A stretch of DNA of 64,000 nt from Alloascoidea hylecoeti (Eukaryota), in the NCBI GenBank assembly GCA_001600815.1, contig BCKZ01000042.1, positions 1 through 64,000 on the forward strand, read 5' to 3'. A program made the position numbers and the translations under genes. Numbering within the stretch: position 1 is the first letter of the stretch; each line of letters opens with the position of its first letter. Below are positions 33,859-44,600 of this stretch, piece after piece. The notes under the pieces are model-generated. The model saw only the letters and a list, made by a program, of their open reading frames with translations. It searched no databases and was not told where the DNA came from.

Positions 33859-35663
33859 TTAAAAATTAATTGGTTTATCGTACGAATCCATAGCTGCTTC
33901 TTTAAATGCTTCGGAAAGTGTAGGATGAGCATGACAAGTTCGTCCAACATCTTCAGCACTGGCACCATATTCAACAGCTAAAGCACCTTCTGCAATCATT
34001 TCGCCAGCATTAGGACCAATAATATGAACACCTAATACTCTATTTGTAGCTTTATCTGTAACAAATTTAACGAAACCATCTGTTTCAAGATTAGTTTTAG
34101 CTCTGGAATTTGCTAAGAAGGGGAATCGACCAACATTGTAAGCGATTCCAGAGGCTTTAACCTCTTCTTCAGTCTGTCCAACCCAAGCAACTTCTGGGAA
34201 AGTATACATAACACTAGGGATACAATCATAATTAACATGTCCATATCCATTCTTTATGTATTCAACAGCTGCAATACCTTCATCTTCTGCCTTGTGTGCT
34301 AACATGGGACCAAACGTAACATCACCAATGACACGAATATTTGATAATTTGGTCTTATATTCATCATCCATAACTACACGACCACGTTTATCAATTTCAA
34401 CATTTTCTCCAAGATTTTCTAAACCTAATCCTTCTGTATATGGACGACGGCCAATAGCAACTAACAACACATCAGCTTCAATACTTTCTTTCTTACCATT
34501 CTTTAATACTTCATAATCAACATTAACAACATCACCGTTCCTTTCAGCACCTGTGACTTTAGCACCAGTCTTAATCTTGAAACCTTGTTTAGTAAGAATC
34601 TTTTGTGTAGATTTTGCAACTTCAGCATCCATTCCAGCACCAATTGCATTAGCATATTCAAGAACTGTTACTTCAGAACCAAGACGATTCCATACAGAAC
34701 CCATTTCTAAACCAATGATACCACCACCAATAATCACCATTCTTTTAGGTACTTCCTTTAGATCTAAAGCGCCTGTTGATGTTATGATTCTTTCTTCATC
34801 AATTTCAATTCCAGGAAATGGTGTAGCTTCTGAACCAGTTGCAATAATTATATTCTCAGCTTCCAATGACGCTTCTTCACTTCCATCTATACTATCAACT
34901 TTATTAACTTGAACTTCATGTTCATTAACAAATTCACCTTTTCCTTTATAATATTTCACACCATATTTTTTAAATAAAATTTCAACACCATTCGTTAATG
35001 CTTTAACAGTATCTCTTTTACATTCTTGTAATTTCCCTACATCAACTTTAACATCAGATACATTAATTCCTCTTTTTGCTGTATCATTCTTAATCTGATG
35101 ATAAAGATGTGAATTGTTTAATAAAGATTTTGAAGGGATACATCCAACATTTAAACATGTACCACCAAGAGTTCCTCTCATCTCAACACATGCAGTATCA
35201 AGACCTAATTGTGCACCCTTAATAGCAGCAAAATAACTAGATAATCAATTGTTAGATATTGATACCCCGAAAAATATTAGTTTAGAATATACATACCCAC
35301 CAGGGCCACCGCCAATAACAACCAAATCATGTTTCTTTTCTAATTATTCCTTGTTAGTTCTACAGTTTAGGACAAGGGGAAGATGAGTTATGCATGCCAC
35401 CTTATTTTTGATTCACAAGGAAAATCAAATCAAATTATTCCTATGTCATCAATTAAATAAATCAAACAACAAATCAAAAACCCTTTTTTCAATTCAAAAT
35501 GATAGTCATAAATAAGCTACATTTATAAGATGGGGTACTTACTTTCAGCTTGAGCAGCAAGAGTTGTTGCAAACCCTCTCATAGCGGTATATGCAGCAGC
35601 ACGAAAGATAGGAGATGAAGCTCTTAATGCTCCAACTGTAGATACTGATAGTGTTCTTAACAT
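33859..35663 (-). CDS. LPD1: Mitochondrial dihydrolipoamide dehydrogenase (E3), 3 exons (35663-35543, 35339-35297, 35236-33859)
   Basis: Presequence MLRTLSVST...; spliced [13 protein letters not shown]; redox motif [14 protein letters not shown]-terminal HAHPTLSEA. Confidence 0.96.
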
Positions 35664-35822
35664 TTCAAAAGGTTTAAAAAAAAGGTTATTCAGAATATAT
35701 CAAAAGAAAAGAGTAAAACAGGAGGAAAACAGAGATTTTGAAAATATAAAAACTTATATACCAAAACTTCCATATCATATGCAGCTATGCAGCACAAGGG
35801 CATCGTCGCTTAATAATAGGTT

Positions 35823-35829
35823 TTACCCG
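35823..35829. promoter_or_regulatory. Reb1-like site upstream of LPD1
   Basis: TTACCCG about 160 bp upstream of the LPD1 ATG. Confidence 0.35.
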
Positions 35830-36140
35830 GAACTTACCCATAGTTAACGTTAATTCCAAGTCTAATATTGATATTTAAATGAGTCAACGTTGATTCTTAT
35901 TCTTATTGAAACGGGTTATAATATGTTTATATGAACTATTTACGCTTTCAGTTTCATAGTGGTCATCGCTAAATATGAAACCCTACAATTTCAAGTCATG
36001 TTCGTCAGTATCTTACAAATTGAGATATCAAGTTAGGATTGTAGAGTATATATAAACCACACTATTATATCAATTAAATGTGTTGTTTAATTCATTCTAA
36101 TCACAACTATTATAGGGTTGCAATTCTGCGACTTTATTGT

Positions 36141-39128
36141 TTATATTTCGGATTGACCACCAATTACCTCCACAAGATCATTAAAGGCATCGACACCCCA
36201 CTCAACTCTTTTTTTCTGTTTCTCATTTTTAAATCCCTCGGAAGTTAAAACTCTGTTTATCAAAAAGTAACCAATTATACTCAATAGTTTATCATTACCT
36301 TTAGATTTACTCATTAATTCAACTATTTTCTTATCATTATATTTGTGTCCTCCACCAATTGATTTCTCTTTTGAATTTAATGCAATTCTATTGAAAATAT
36401 CAATAAAAAGAAGTTCTAAAAATATAACCAAGTTTGTACTTGCAGTTAATAAATTGATATTTTTGAAAGAATTGAAATTCAATATATTTTCACTAATGAT
36501 TTTACCATATAATCCAGCAAGATTTATAGATTTTTGTAAATTTAATTCAGAATTATTACTTGTTGAGAATGATTCTTCATCATCATCAATATTTCCTTCT
36601 AATTCATCAAAAAAATTCCATAAAGAAAAATTAAATGTTTTTCTAAGTGATCTTTGTTCACATAATTTAACTGCTAAAAATCCATAATATGGATTATATC
36701 CTGTTTTTTCACTTGAACAACAATGTAATAATACTTTAACAATTTCTCTTTCTTGAACTCTTTTTAAGTTTAATTTATTTAATTTAGTAAATGCATCAGG
36801 AGCATCTTCTGCACCCATTATAGTAACAAATATAGCTCTTCTTATATCTGTATTCATTCGTTGTTCTCGAGCTAAATCCATAAGATTAACCTCAGCATTA
36901 TCAACAATATCATTTAAAACAATCATATCAACATCTTGGGCTGCATCATTATTATTAGATTGAGCATTAACGATATTGCCATTGCTTGTGTTATTTTTCC
37001 ATGCAGCACCTACAAGCCACCATTTTCCTTTGGTTTCAATATTATTTATATCATCTAGGGAAACTCTAATTGGATCAACATGTTTTCCAGAAATACCACC
37101 CAAATAATTCTTCATTCTTATAATTGAATCAGTATTGCTAGCTAAACCAGATGATTTCAATCTATTGTTTTTCAAAGATGAAATACTTTCAGCTAAGAAT
37201 TTACTTCTTAAACTAATTGTTGAAGGGTCTGCATTAGCCATTGATTTTTGTTGTAATAAAATGATTCCTTTTAAAGCTCCAGGATCATCTGATCGTAAAC
37301 CATGACCTGCATTTTTTATTAACTTCAATAATAATTCTGTTTTAACTTCATGTATTTCACCTTCTAAAAGAAGACGAATGATATCATAAACCAATGTACA
37401 AGAAACCGTTTGAAACGTATAAATAACACATAAAAGTGTTAAAAGATTAGAAGCTGATTTTCCTTGTTTTTCTTCTAATTCAGATTTATATTCAACATTA
37501 AATCTTTCAACTAATGTTTGAATAAAATGTGCTCCAAATGAAATACCAACAGTTCTATATAGAGCTGCAACTGCAGCACCATGAACAATCACAAATCTTT
37601 CAAGTAAAGCTCCTTGAATTGCCGTACTATCCAATATAACATCAGTTATTACAGATGTAACGCTATGATTCGGATTATTCATATATAAATTGTTTAACTC
37701 TGTAAGAATTGAATCAATGTTTGCTTCAGATAAACGATTGAAATATCCTTTCACTATTCGGCGTAATTTTATCATTTCTTCACTTTCTTTTACAGTTTCT
37801 TCCAACATTTTTCTTCGCAATGCTGGTGGAATATATTTTGAAGTAGTAGTTTTTGGAACAGGTGCAATATAAGGATTTTCTTTTTCCTTTTTAACAGGTT
37901 CTTCATCGCCATCACTGTCTTCTTCATCTAAACCAAGTGAGTCTGAATCAAAGTCGGAAGAATTGAGTTCATCATCAGAAGAAAATGGCAAATCAGCTTT
38001 TTCTGTTTCCTCTTCCTCAGAACCACTACCCTCAAAATCATTTTCTTCCTCTTGTTCCTCTTCTTCTTCTTCTTCATTGGTATCTTTATCATCATTCAAA
38101 AAATCTAATCCATCCAATAATCCTCCAACCCAATCATCCTCCGATGTTTTCTTTATAGATTTCGTCCCTAGTTTCTTTGAATAAAACAGAATGTCTTCAT
38201 CATCTTTTTGAAATTCAGGTGTTCTTTTAATTTTTGATTTTTGATTATCAGTTTTCTTTGATTTTTCTGAAACTTTAGATGCTTTTTTTGTCTTTTTATC
38301 TTTTGTTTTAGAAGATTCTGTTTTGTTTAGTTTCCTTGCTTTTAGTGCTTTTAATGCTTTTAGTTTTGCCATTGTTGAATCAACGCTTTCTCCCTCCTCG
38401 TCGTCTGTTATTTCATCATCTTCTGACTGCTCGTCATCATTGGAAGGGTCAGTTTTAGTTTTGTTTTTATTTAATTTTTTAGCTTTGAGTGCTTTTAATT
38501 TAGCCATGGTTGAATCGACGCTTTCTTCTTCTTCCTCGTCTGTATCTATTTCATCACCTTCGAATTGCTCGTCTTCAGTAGAAGAGTCAATTTTAACTTG
38601 AGTTTTATTCAATTTTTTAGCTTTTAAAGCCTTAAGTTTAGCCATAGTTGAGTCAACACTTTCATTCTCATCGTCTGTAATATTATCTATTTCATCATCT
38701 TCAGTGTCAAAAACATCGCTATCGTTATTATTGTCGGTGGTATCATTTTCTGAGCTTGAAGAATCATTTTCAGCTCCCTGAAACCTAACTGATTTCATGG
38801 GTTTGATAGAGTTTTTTCGTTTTAAAGGCTTTAGAACCCCTTTATCATTAACCATTTCAGACTTCTTTCTATTATTATTATTCACAGATTTATCATTTAT
38901 AGTTGGCTGTACTTTCTGTTTATGGGACTTTAATGAATTGACTTGTTTCTTCTTCTTTGAAATTCTTTCTTCTCTTCTAGCATCTTTTCTTGATTTTTTG
39001 GGGAAAGTCTTTTGTTTTTTTCTTGGTCGTGATAGATCATCATTTTCATTATCATTATCATAAATTTCATTTAAAATTGCACCTGGAAGGCGCACTTTTA
39101 TTACATTATTTGATCGTTTTGATGCCAT
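36141..39128 (-). CDS. SGD1: Nucleolar MIF4G/MA3 protein Sgd1 (NOM1), 995 aa
   Basis: ENPYIAP...KYIPPALR, FNRLSEANI, LRSDDP, KGKWWLVGAAW, AREQRMNTDIRRAIFVTIM. Confidence 0.93.
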   Translation of the reverse strand: MASKRSNNVIKVRLPGAILNEIYDNDNENDDLSRPRKKQKTFPKKSRKDARREERISKKKKQVNSLKSHKQKVQPTINDKSVNNNNRKKSEMVNDKGVLKPLKRKNSIKPMKSVRFQGAENDSSSSENDTTDNNNDSDVFDTEDDEIDNITDDENESVDSTMAKLKALKAKKLNKTQVKIDSSTEDEQFEGDEIDTDEEEEESVDSTMAKLKALKAKKLNKNKTKTDPSNDDEQSEDDEITDDEEGESVDSTMAKLKALKALKARKLNKTESSKTKDKKTKKASKVSEKSKKTDNQKSKIKRTPEFQKDDEDILFYSKKLGTKSIKKTSEDDWVGGLLDGLDFLNDDKDTNEEEEEEEQEEENDFEGSGSEEEETEKADLPFSSDDELNSSDFDSDSLGLDEEDSDGDEEPVKKEKENPYIAPVPKTTTSKYIPPALRRKMLEETVKESEEMIKLRRIVKGYFNRLSEANIDSILTELNNLYMNNPNHSVTSVITDVILDSTAIQGALLERFVIVHGAAVAALYRTVGISFGAHFIQTLVERFNVEYKSELEEKQGKSASNLLTLLCVIYTFQTVSCTLVYDIIRLLLEGEIHEVKTELLLKLIKNAGHGLRSDDPGALKGIILLQQKSMANADPSTISLRSKFLAESISSLKNNRLKSSGLASNTDSIIRMKNYLGGISGKHVDPIRVSLDDINNIETKGKWWLVGAAWKNNTSNGNIVNAQSNNNDAAQDVDMIVLNDIVDNAEVNLMDLAREQRMNTDIRRAIFVTIMGAEDAPDAFTKLNKLNLKRVQEREIVKVLLHCCSSEKTGYNPYYGFLAVKLCEQRSLRKTFNFSLWNFFDELEGNIDDDEESFSTSNNSELNLQKSINLAGLYGKIISENILNFNSFKNINLLTASTNLVIFLELLFIDIFNRIALNSKEKSIGGGHKYNDKKIVELMSKSKGNDKLLSIIGYFLINRVLTSEGFKNEKQKKRVEWGVDAFNDLVEVIGGQSEI

Positions 39129-39160
39129 GTTTTAATGATAAATTTATTTACATAGTTAAC

Positions 39161-39170
39161 AAATTTTTCA
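39161..39170 (-). promoter_or_regulatory. RRPE element in the SGD1/MSP1 bidirectional promoter
   Basis: TGAAAAATTT on the minus strand about 35 bp upstream of SGD1, a ribosome-biogenesis gene. CACGTG also lies near 39244. Confidence 0.55.
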
Positions 39171-39308
39171 AGAAGGTTTGGAAATTTCATTAAGTAACTT
39201 ATGTACTGTGTGTGAATATCAGCACAGTATATAACAGATATTGCACGTGCGACTATTTCAGAAATCCATAAAGGGCATTTAACTAATTACAAAATTAGCC
39301 ACAAATTA

Positions 39309-40547
39309 ATGGCAAACTTCGGCATGTTTAAAGATAAAATAGACATCAAGTCCATAGTGGACATGTCCCTATTAGTTACGGCAGGTCTTTCGCTTTATTA
39401 TATATATCAAACTCTTTCCAATATGGGTGAAGGATCAAATAAATCAGAAACTAGAAAAAAGGCAAAAACAACCTTACGACGATTACAAGCTAATAATCCT
39501 GAACTTCAAACATTGGAATTAAACGAGTATGAAAAAATAATATTAGCTTCGGTTATTACACCATCTGAAATTAAGATTGGATTCAAAGGTATGTGCTGAT
39601 CGAACAACTAACTTGAAACGAGTTGCATAACGTAAGGAACATCAATATTAAAAGTACCTTTTTTCGATAGATATTGGAGGATTGGACGACATCATAGAAG
39701 AACTTAGAGAATCAGTATTATATCCACTGACAGTGTAAGTATAAGGACCAAATGCGTATTTTCCGAATTCACTTACTAATGAGTATAATATAGTCCCCAA
39801 CTATACGCCCACCATTCATCTTTGCTTCAGGCACCAAAAGGTGTTTTGCTATATGGTCCACCAGGTTGTGGTAAAACTATGATAGCCAAGGCATGCGCAT
39901 CTGAAAGTTCTGCTAATTTTATAAGTATTCGAATGTCAAATGTTATGGATAAGTGGTTCGGAGAATCAAATAAACTGGTATCAGCAATTTTCTCCTTGGC
40001 AAATAAGTTACAACCATGTATTATCTTCATTGATGAAATTGATTCCTTCTTGCGGGAAAGACAGGCAATGGATCATGAAGTCACAGCGATGTTAAAGGCC
40101 GAATTTATGACTTTATGGGATGGTTTAACATCTGATGGGAGAATAGTAGTTTTAGGTGCAACTAATCGACCCAATGATATTGATACAGCTTTCTTAAGAC
40201 GAATGCCAAAACGATTTGCAGTGAAGTTACCTAATGCTGATCAAAGAAGGAAGATTTTAAATGTTCATCTTAAAGATGCTAGCTTAGATCCTGATTTCGA
40301 CCTGGAATTAGTTATAAGTAGAACAGCAGGTATGAGCGGTAGTGACTTGAAAGAAATTTGTCGGAACGCTGCTATGAATACAATGAGAGAATATATTAAA
40401 CAGAATTTTGTTGATGGTAAAAAAATTGATGAGAAAGAGATAGATGTTCGACCACTAAAGACAACGGATTTCTTTGTTCAATTAGCGAGTGAACCAACAG
40501 CTTCTGGAAACACTGTTAGAGAACCAATTGCTTCCGCTTTAGATTAA
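39309..40547 (+). CDS. MSP1: Outer-membrane AAA ATPase Msp1, 3 exons (39309-39588, 39671-39734, 39794-40547)
   Basis: N-terminal TM; spliced [25 protein letters not shown]; Walker A GPPGCGKT, Walker [16 protein letters not shown]. Confidence 0.95.
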
Positions 40548-40765
40548 TAGATCTTCTTTATAAATATTCAATTGCTCCTTGGTCCTCTTCATATATTTTT
40601 TTTAATTCGAGAAATATTTACGTTAATACTTTAGCCATTAGGGTAAACACATGTCTTGTTTATATAGTTTATAAATCCCAAATTTAATATTTTGTCTGGT
40701 AGAGCCATGCACGAACCTAATTATTTCGTTACACAAAAATTCTGGCATCTCTTCTTTAAAAACAG

Positions 40766-41405
40766 ATGACAAATACAGAAGCTCAACAGCACACAACCAC
40801 TGGTCCTTCAGGGAGAAAGATTGTTCTGGACAAAGATGGAAAGCCGTAAGTAATGCTTAAATTAAAAATTGAGCTTTTCATATTTAATGGTTCCAATGGT
40901 ATACTTTAGCACATTACTAATACATCTTTATAGATGCCGAACCTGTAACACTCTTCTCGATTTCCGATCTGCTACGACTGGTCCTAAAACAAGTGCCAAA
41001 CTACCTGCTGCTGTAGGAGCATCAGTGGCTTTAGCTGCTAACACCGGCGATGATGTATCAACTCAAGATTGTCCTGCTGACGTTACGGTCCTTGGTCGCA
41101 GTTCATGGACATTTCTACATACACTAGCTGCAACTTATCCTGACAATCCAACAAAAGAACAACAAGCAGAGATGAAAACATTTATGGGTATTTTTTCTAA
41201 AGTTTATCCTTGTTGGTTTTGTGCCGATGATTTTAAGAAATGGATGGGTAAAAATGAAATTGATACCTCAAGTAAAGATGGATTTGGCATGTGGATGTGT
41301 TTAGCCCACAATCATGTTAACAAAAAACTAGGGAAAAACGAGTTTGATTGTTCCAAGTGGAAATATAGATGGAAAGATGGCTGGCCTGATGGTAGATGTG
41401 AATAA
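40766..41405 (+). CDS. ERV1: Mitochondrial IMS sulfhydryl oxidase Erv1, 2 exons (40766-40845, 40934-41405)
   Basis: Splicing gives RKIVLDKDGKPCRTC (shuttle CxxC). Also LGRSSWTFLH, YPCWFCA and CLAHN...FDC. Confidence 0.95.
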
Positions 41406-41600
41406 TTAACGGTCAGGATCGAATCCTTATGGTCTTATGATCCATGGTTCTAAAAAGCATCATAATATATCGTATATTATGATCTTAATTGTATATAACA
41501 ACCATAAAAAAAATTGTATTCATATTTCAAAACTCCTAATAAATATATATATAAAACATCAACCTAAAAAAAATTCAAACTTCCATTGAATATCCCATTT

Positions 41601-44600
41601 CTATTCATTTAAGCTAAAATGTGAGAATTTGATTGGAACGTTTGTCCCAGTACCAGTGGGGTAATACTTTTTAAATCCTTTATATTTACCAGGTGTAGGA
41701 AGTTCATCATCTGATTTAAATATAAATCTTGAATCATCTATTTGTAAACGAGAACTATTTGGCATTCTAATCAATCCAGAAACATTAATAGAAGATGTAT
41801 TACGGCTACGAAATGAAGGTGCTTCTATAGACCTTCTCCTCCCTCTAGAATGATGATGACGATAACTTTTTGGGCTGTTTTTGCTAGAGGAGTGTTTATG
41901 TAGTTTGATGGTAATACTAGTATTTGTTTTTGTTTGAGTTGGTTTAATTTCAGTCTTATTGAAAAATCCATCCAATGCTCTTTTGATGTTCTGTTGAGTT
42001 ACAAGAGGATCAGTAGATTTGATTGATTTGTTATCATCAACACTAATATCAGCACTATTTTCTAATGTTGAATTATTGGTGGAAGTATTGTTTGTCGTAT
42101 TAACGCTAGAAACAATATTATCAAAGTTAAAATCAGAGACTACTCCAGTCAATTGAAATGTCTCATCATAAGTATTCATATTAGGACTAACGGCTGGTGT
42201 CGACACATTCACCGGTTCATTGTAATTGAAGGTTTCGTCTTGAATTGAAGGCAGTTCTAATGATTTCACTTGTTTATTGCTAACATTAATATTACTTGAA
42301 GTTGCATATTCAACTGTGGTTGCTGTTTCAAGCGAAATCTTACTACCATACCACGTAGCCCCAGTATTATTCGGTGATATTCTCATCATATCATGGTTTG
42401 AAATAGTTGAAGAAGTTTCATATGAATTCTTTCGACTGCGGGTCTGATTTACTGGCATATCCACGGCTGAATTAATATCAACAGGTGCTTGATTTGCTGG
42501 TATATCCACAACCGAATCAATCTTAACAGGTGTTTGAACTCCAAATAAAGCTTCAGCAAGCTTATTTTTTACTTCAGTATGGTTTGTTATAGATGAAGAA
42601 GTTTCATATGAATTCTTGCGACTGCGTGACTGATTTACTGGCATATCCACGGCCGAATCAATCTTAACAGGTGTTTGAACTCCAAATAAAGCCTCAGCAA
42701 GCTTATTTTTTACTTCAGTGTGAATCGATGATTTTCCCATAATATCATGGCTTGAAATATATGGATTCTTGCGACCGCGTGTTTGATTTACTTGCACATC
42801 TACAGCCGGATCAATATTAGTGGGTGTCTGACTTGCTGCCACATTTACGGCTGAATCAATTCTAACAGGTGTCTGATTTACTGGAATATCCACGGGCGGC
42901 TCATTTTCAACAGGTGTTGGAATACCAAATAAAGCTTCAGCAAGCTTATTTTTCACAACTTTAGAAATTCTAAAATTCTTAGGAATATCGTTATGAAATG
43001 AAGGTATCTCATTAGAAAAACTATTTTGAACTGGTTTAATTCCAGAAGTGGTAGGGCTTACCGCAGCTGTTGTTTGAATCAAATCTGAACTCTGCTGTTT
43101 CTCAGGAGGAATATCAATAACTTGAGGTGTTGGTATCAGCAATGGCTCTTTTATATTAACTGAACTGGAAGGCAAATTGAGTTGAGGACATTCCTTGAGA
43201 TCACTAGTTATAGGTTTTATTTCTTGTGGTTTTTGTACTTGACCAACGGGAAGTTGGAAACTTGTGTTCGCATTTGTTTTTTCTAATATAGCATCATCTT
43301 TTCCTTGAACAGAGTTTTTTTCAGAAAATCCAGGTTTTAAAACTCTTGCTTTAATCTCATCTGCAGAAAGACCACTCTTTGTAGGAGTTACTGGCTTTTT
43401 CTTAACAAAATTCTTACATATTGATATATGTTGTACTTCTTCGTTATCATCATCATCATCATCACCATCATCATCATCATTATTATCTTTTAATTTAAAA
43501 CCTCTTTTAAATCTTCTATCTCTAAAATTAGGATTTCCATGTGATTTCCCTTTAACTTTTGGATTTTCTAATATGAAACTTGGTTTAGAAAATTGTTCTT
43601 TTAATTCAGCAACCGAATTTCTTCTATTTTTGGGGCCAAAACTAAAGTTTTCATTTAATTCATCTTTCTTTTTTGTTTTACTGATTTGTGGAGATTTTAT
43701 ACGATTTAGGGTTACATCATTGGAATTAACTGGTGGATCTATTTTGATCGTTTTAGAGGGTTTTGATGTATTAATAGGATTGCTTTGACTTGAGTTAGGG
43801 CTCATCGTATAATTTGGAAGTTGGTCTTGATTGATTTGTTCTAAGTTATTAAAAGGTTCCGTTAAAGAGTGTGAAATTGAAGACGGTTGAATCTTACCTT
43901 TCAATAGTAAACTTGCTGAAGTTATGGTTTCATCTTCACTATCAGAATCACTTGAGATTGCCTGTTCTGAAAATAAATTGAACCCACTTCTTAGAGATGT
44001 TTCTATTCTGGCGATTTTTGAATACTTGTGGGTATTCAATTCAATAACATTGTTTTGTGGAGATTGTGGTGGTGATATAATCTCTGGCTTGGAAGTCTCA
44101 TTGGTGGTTAATGATTCTCCTTTGGGTTTAGGGCTACCTATAATATGGTCACAATTAAACTGTTTCATTAGCAATTTCCTTGATTGTGCAAATGAAGACG
44201 AACGCTTTAATTGGACTATTTCACTCTCAGTTGTCTTACTAGTTACATTGGGAATTGAATTAGGTATCTTCTTTTGTAAAACCCCTGAAATTGTGTGAGT
44301 CCTTCTCAAATTAGTGAGCCCCCGTTTTTGTGTCAATTTGGGACTTTTAGCACCGGAGGAATCACTCATTTGAGTGACATTTGATGTATTTATAAGAGCA
44401 GTAGAATTAACTTCAGGTATATTCTTATCATTATGAATCGTCTCTTTAAAATTGGGATCATCATCTGATTTGGTTAACATTTGAATATCCTGAATAGTCG
44501 TTTCTTGATCATTCCCCAATAATTTATCAACACTATTAACAATTTCATCTTTCTTATAATTCAACTCATTCGTTAGCATCACCTTATCGATATTTACAGT

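Noticed and set aside
41380..41430. A-box/B-box-like sequence (TGGCCTGATGG ... GGATCGAATCC) suggesting a tRNA
   Set aside because: It overlaps the conserved ERV1 WPDG codons, and no cloverleaf can be folded.
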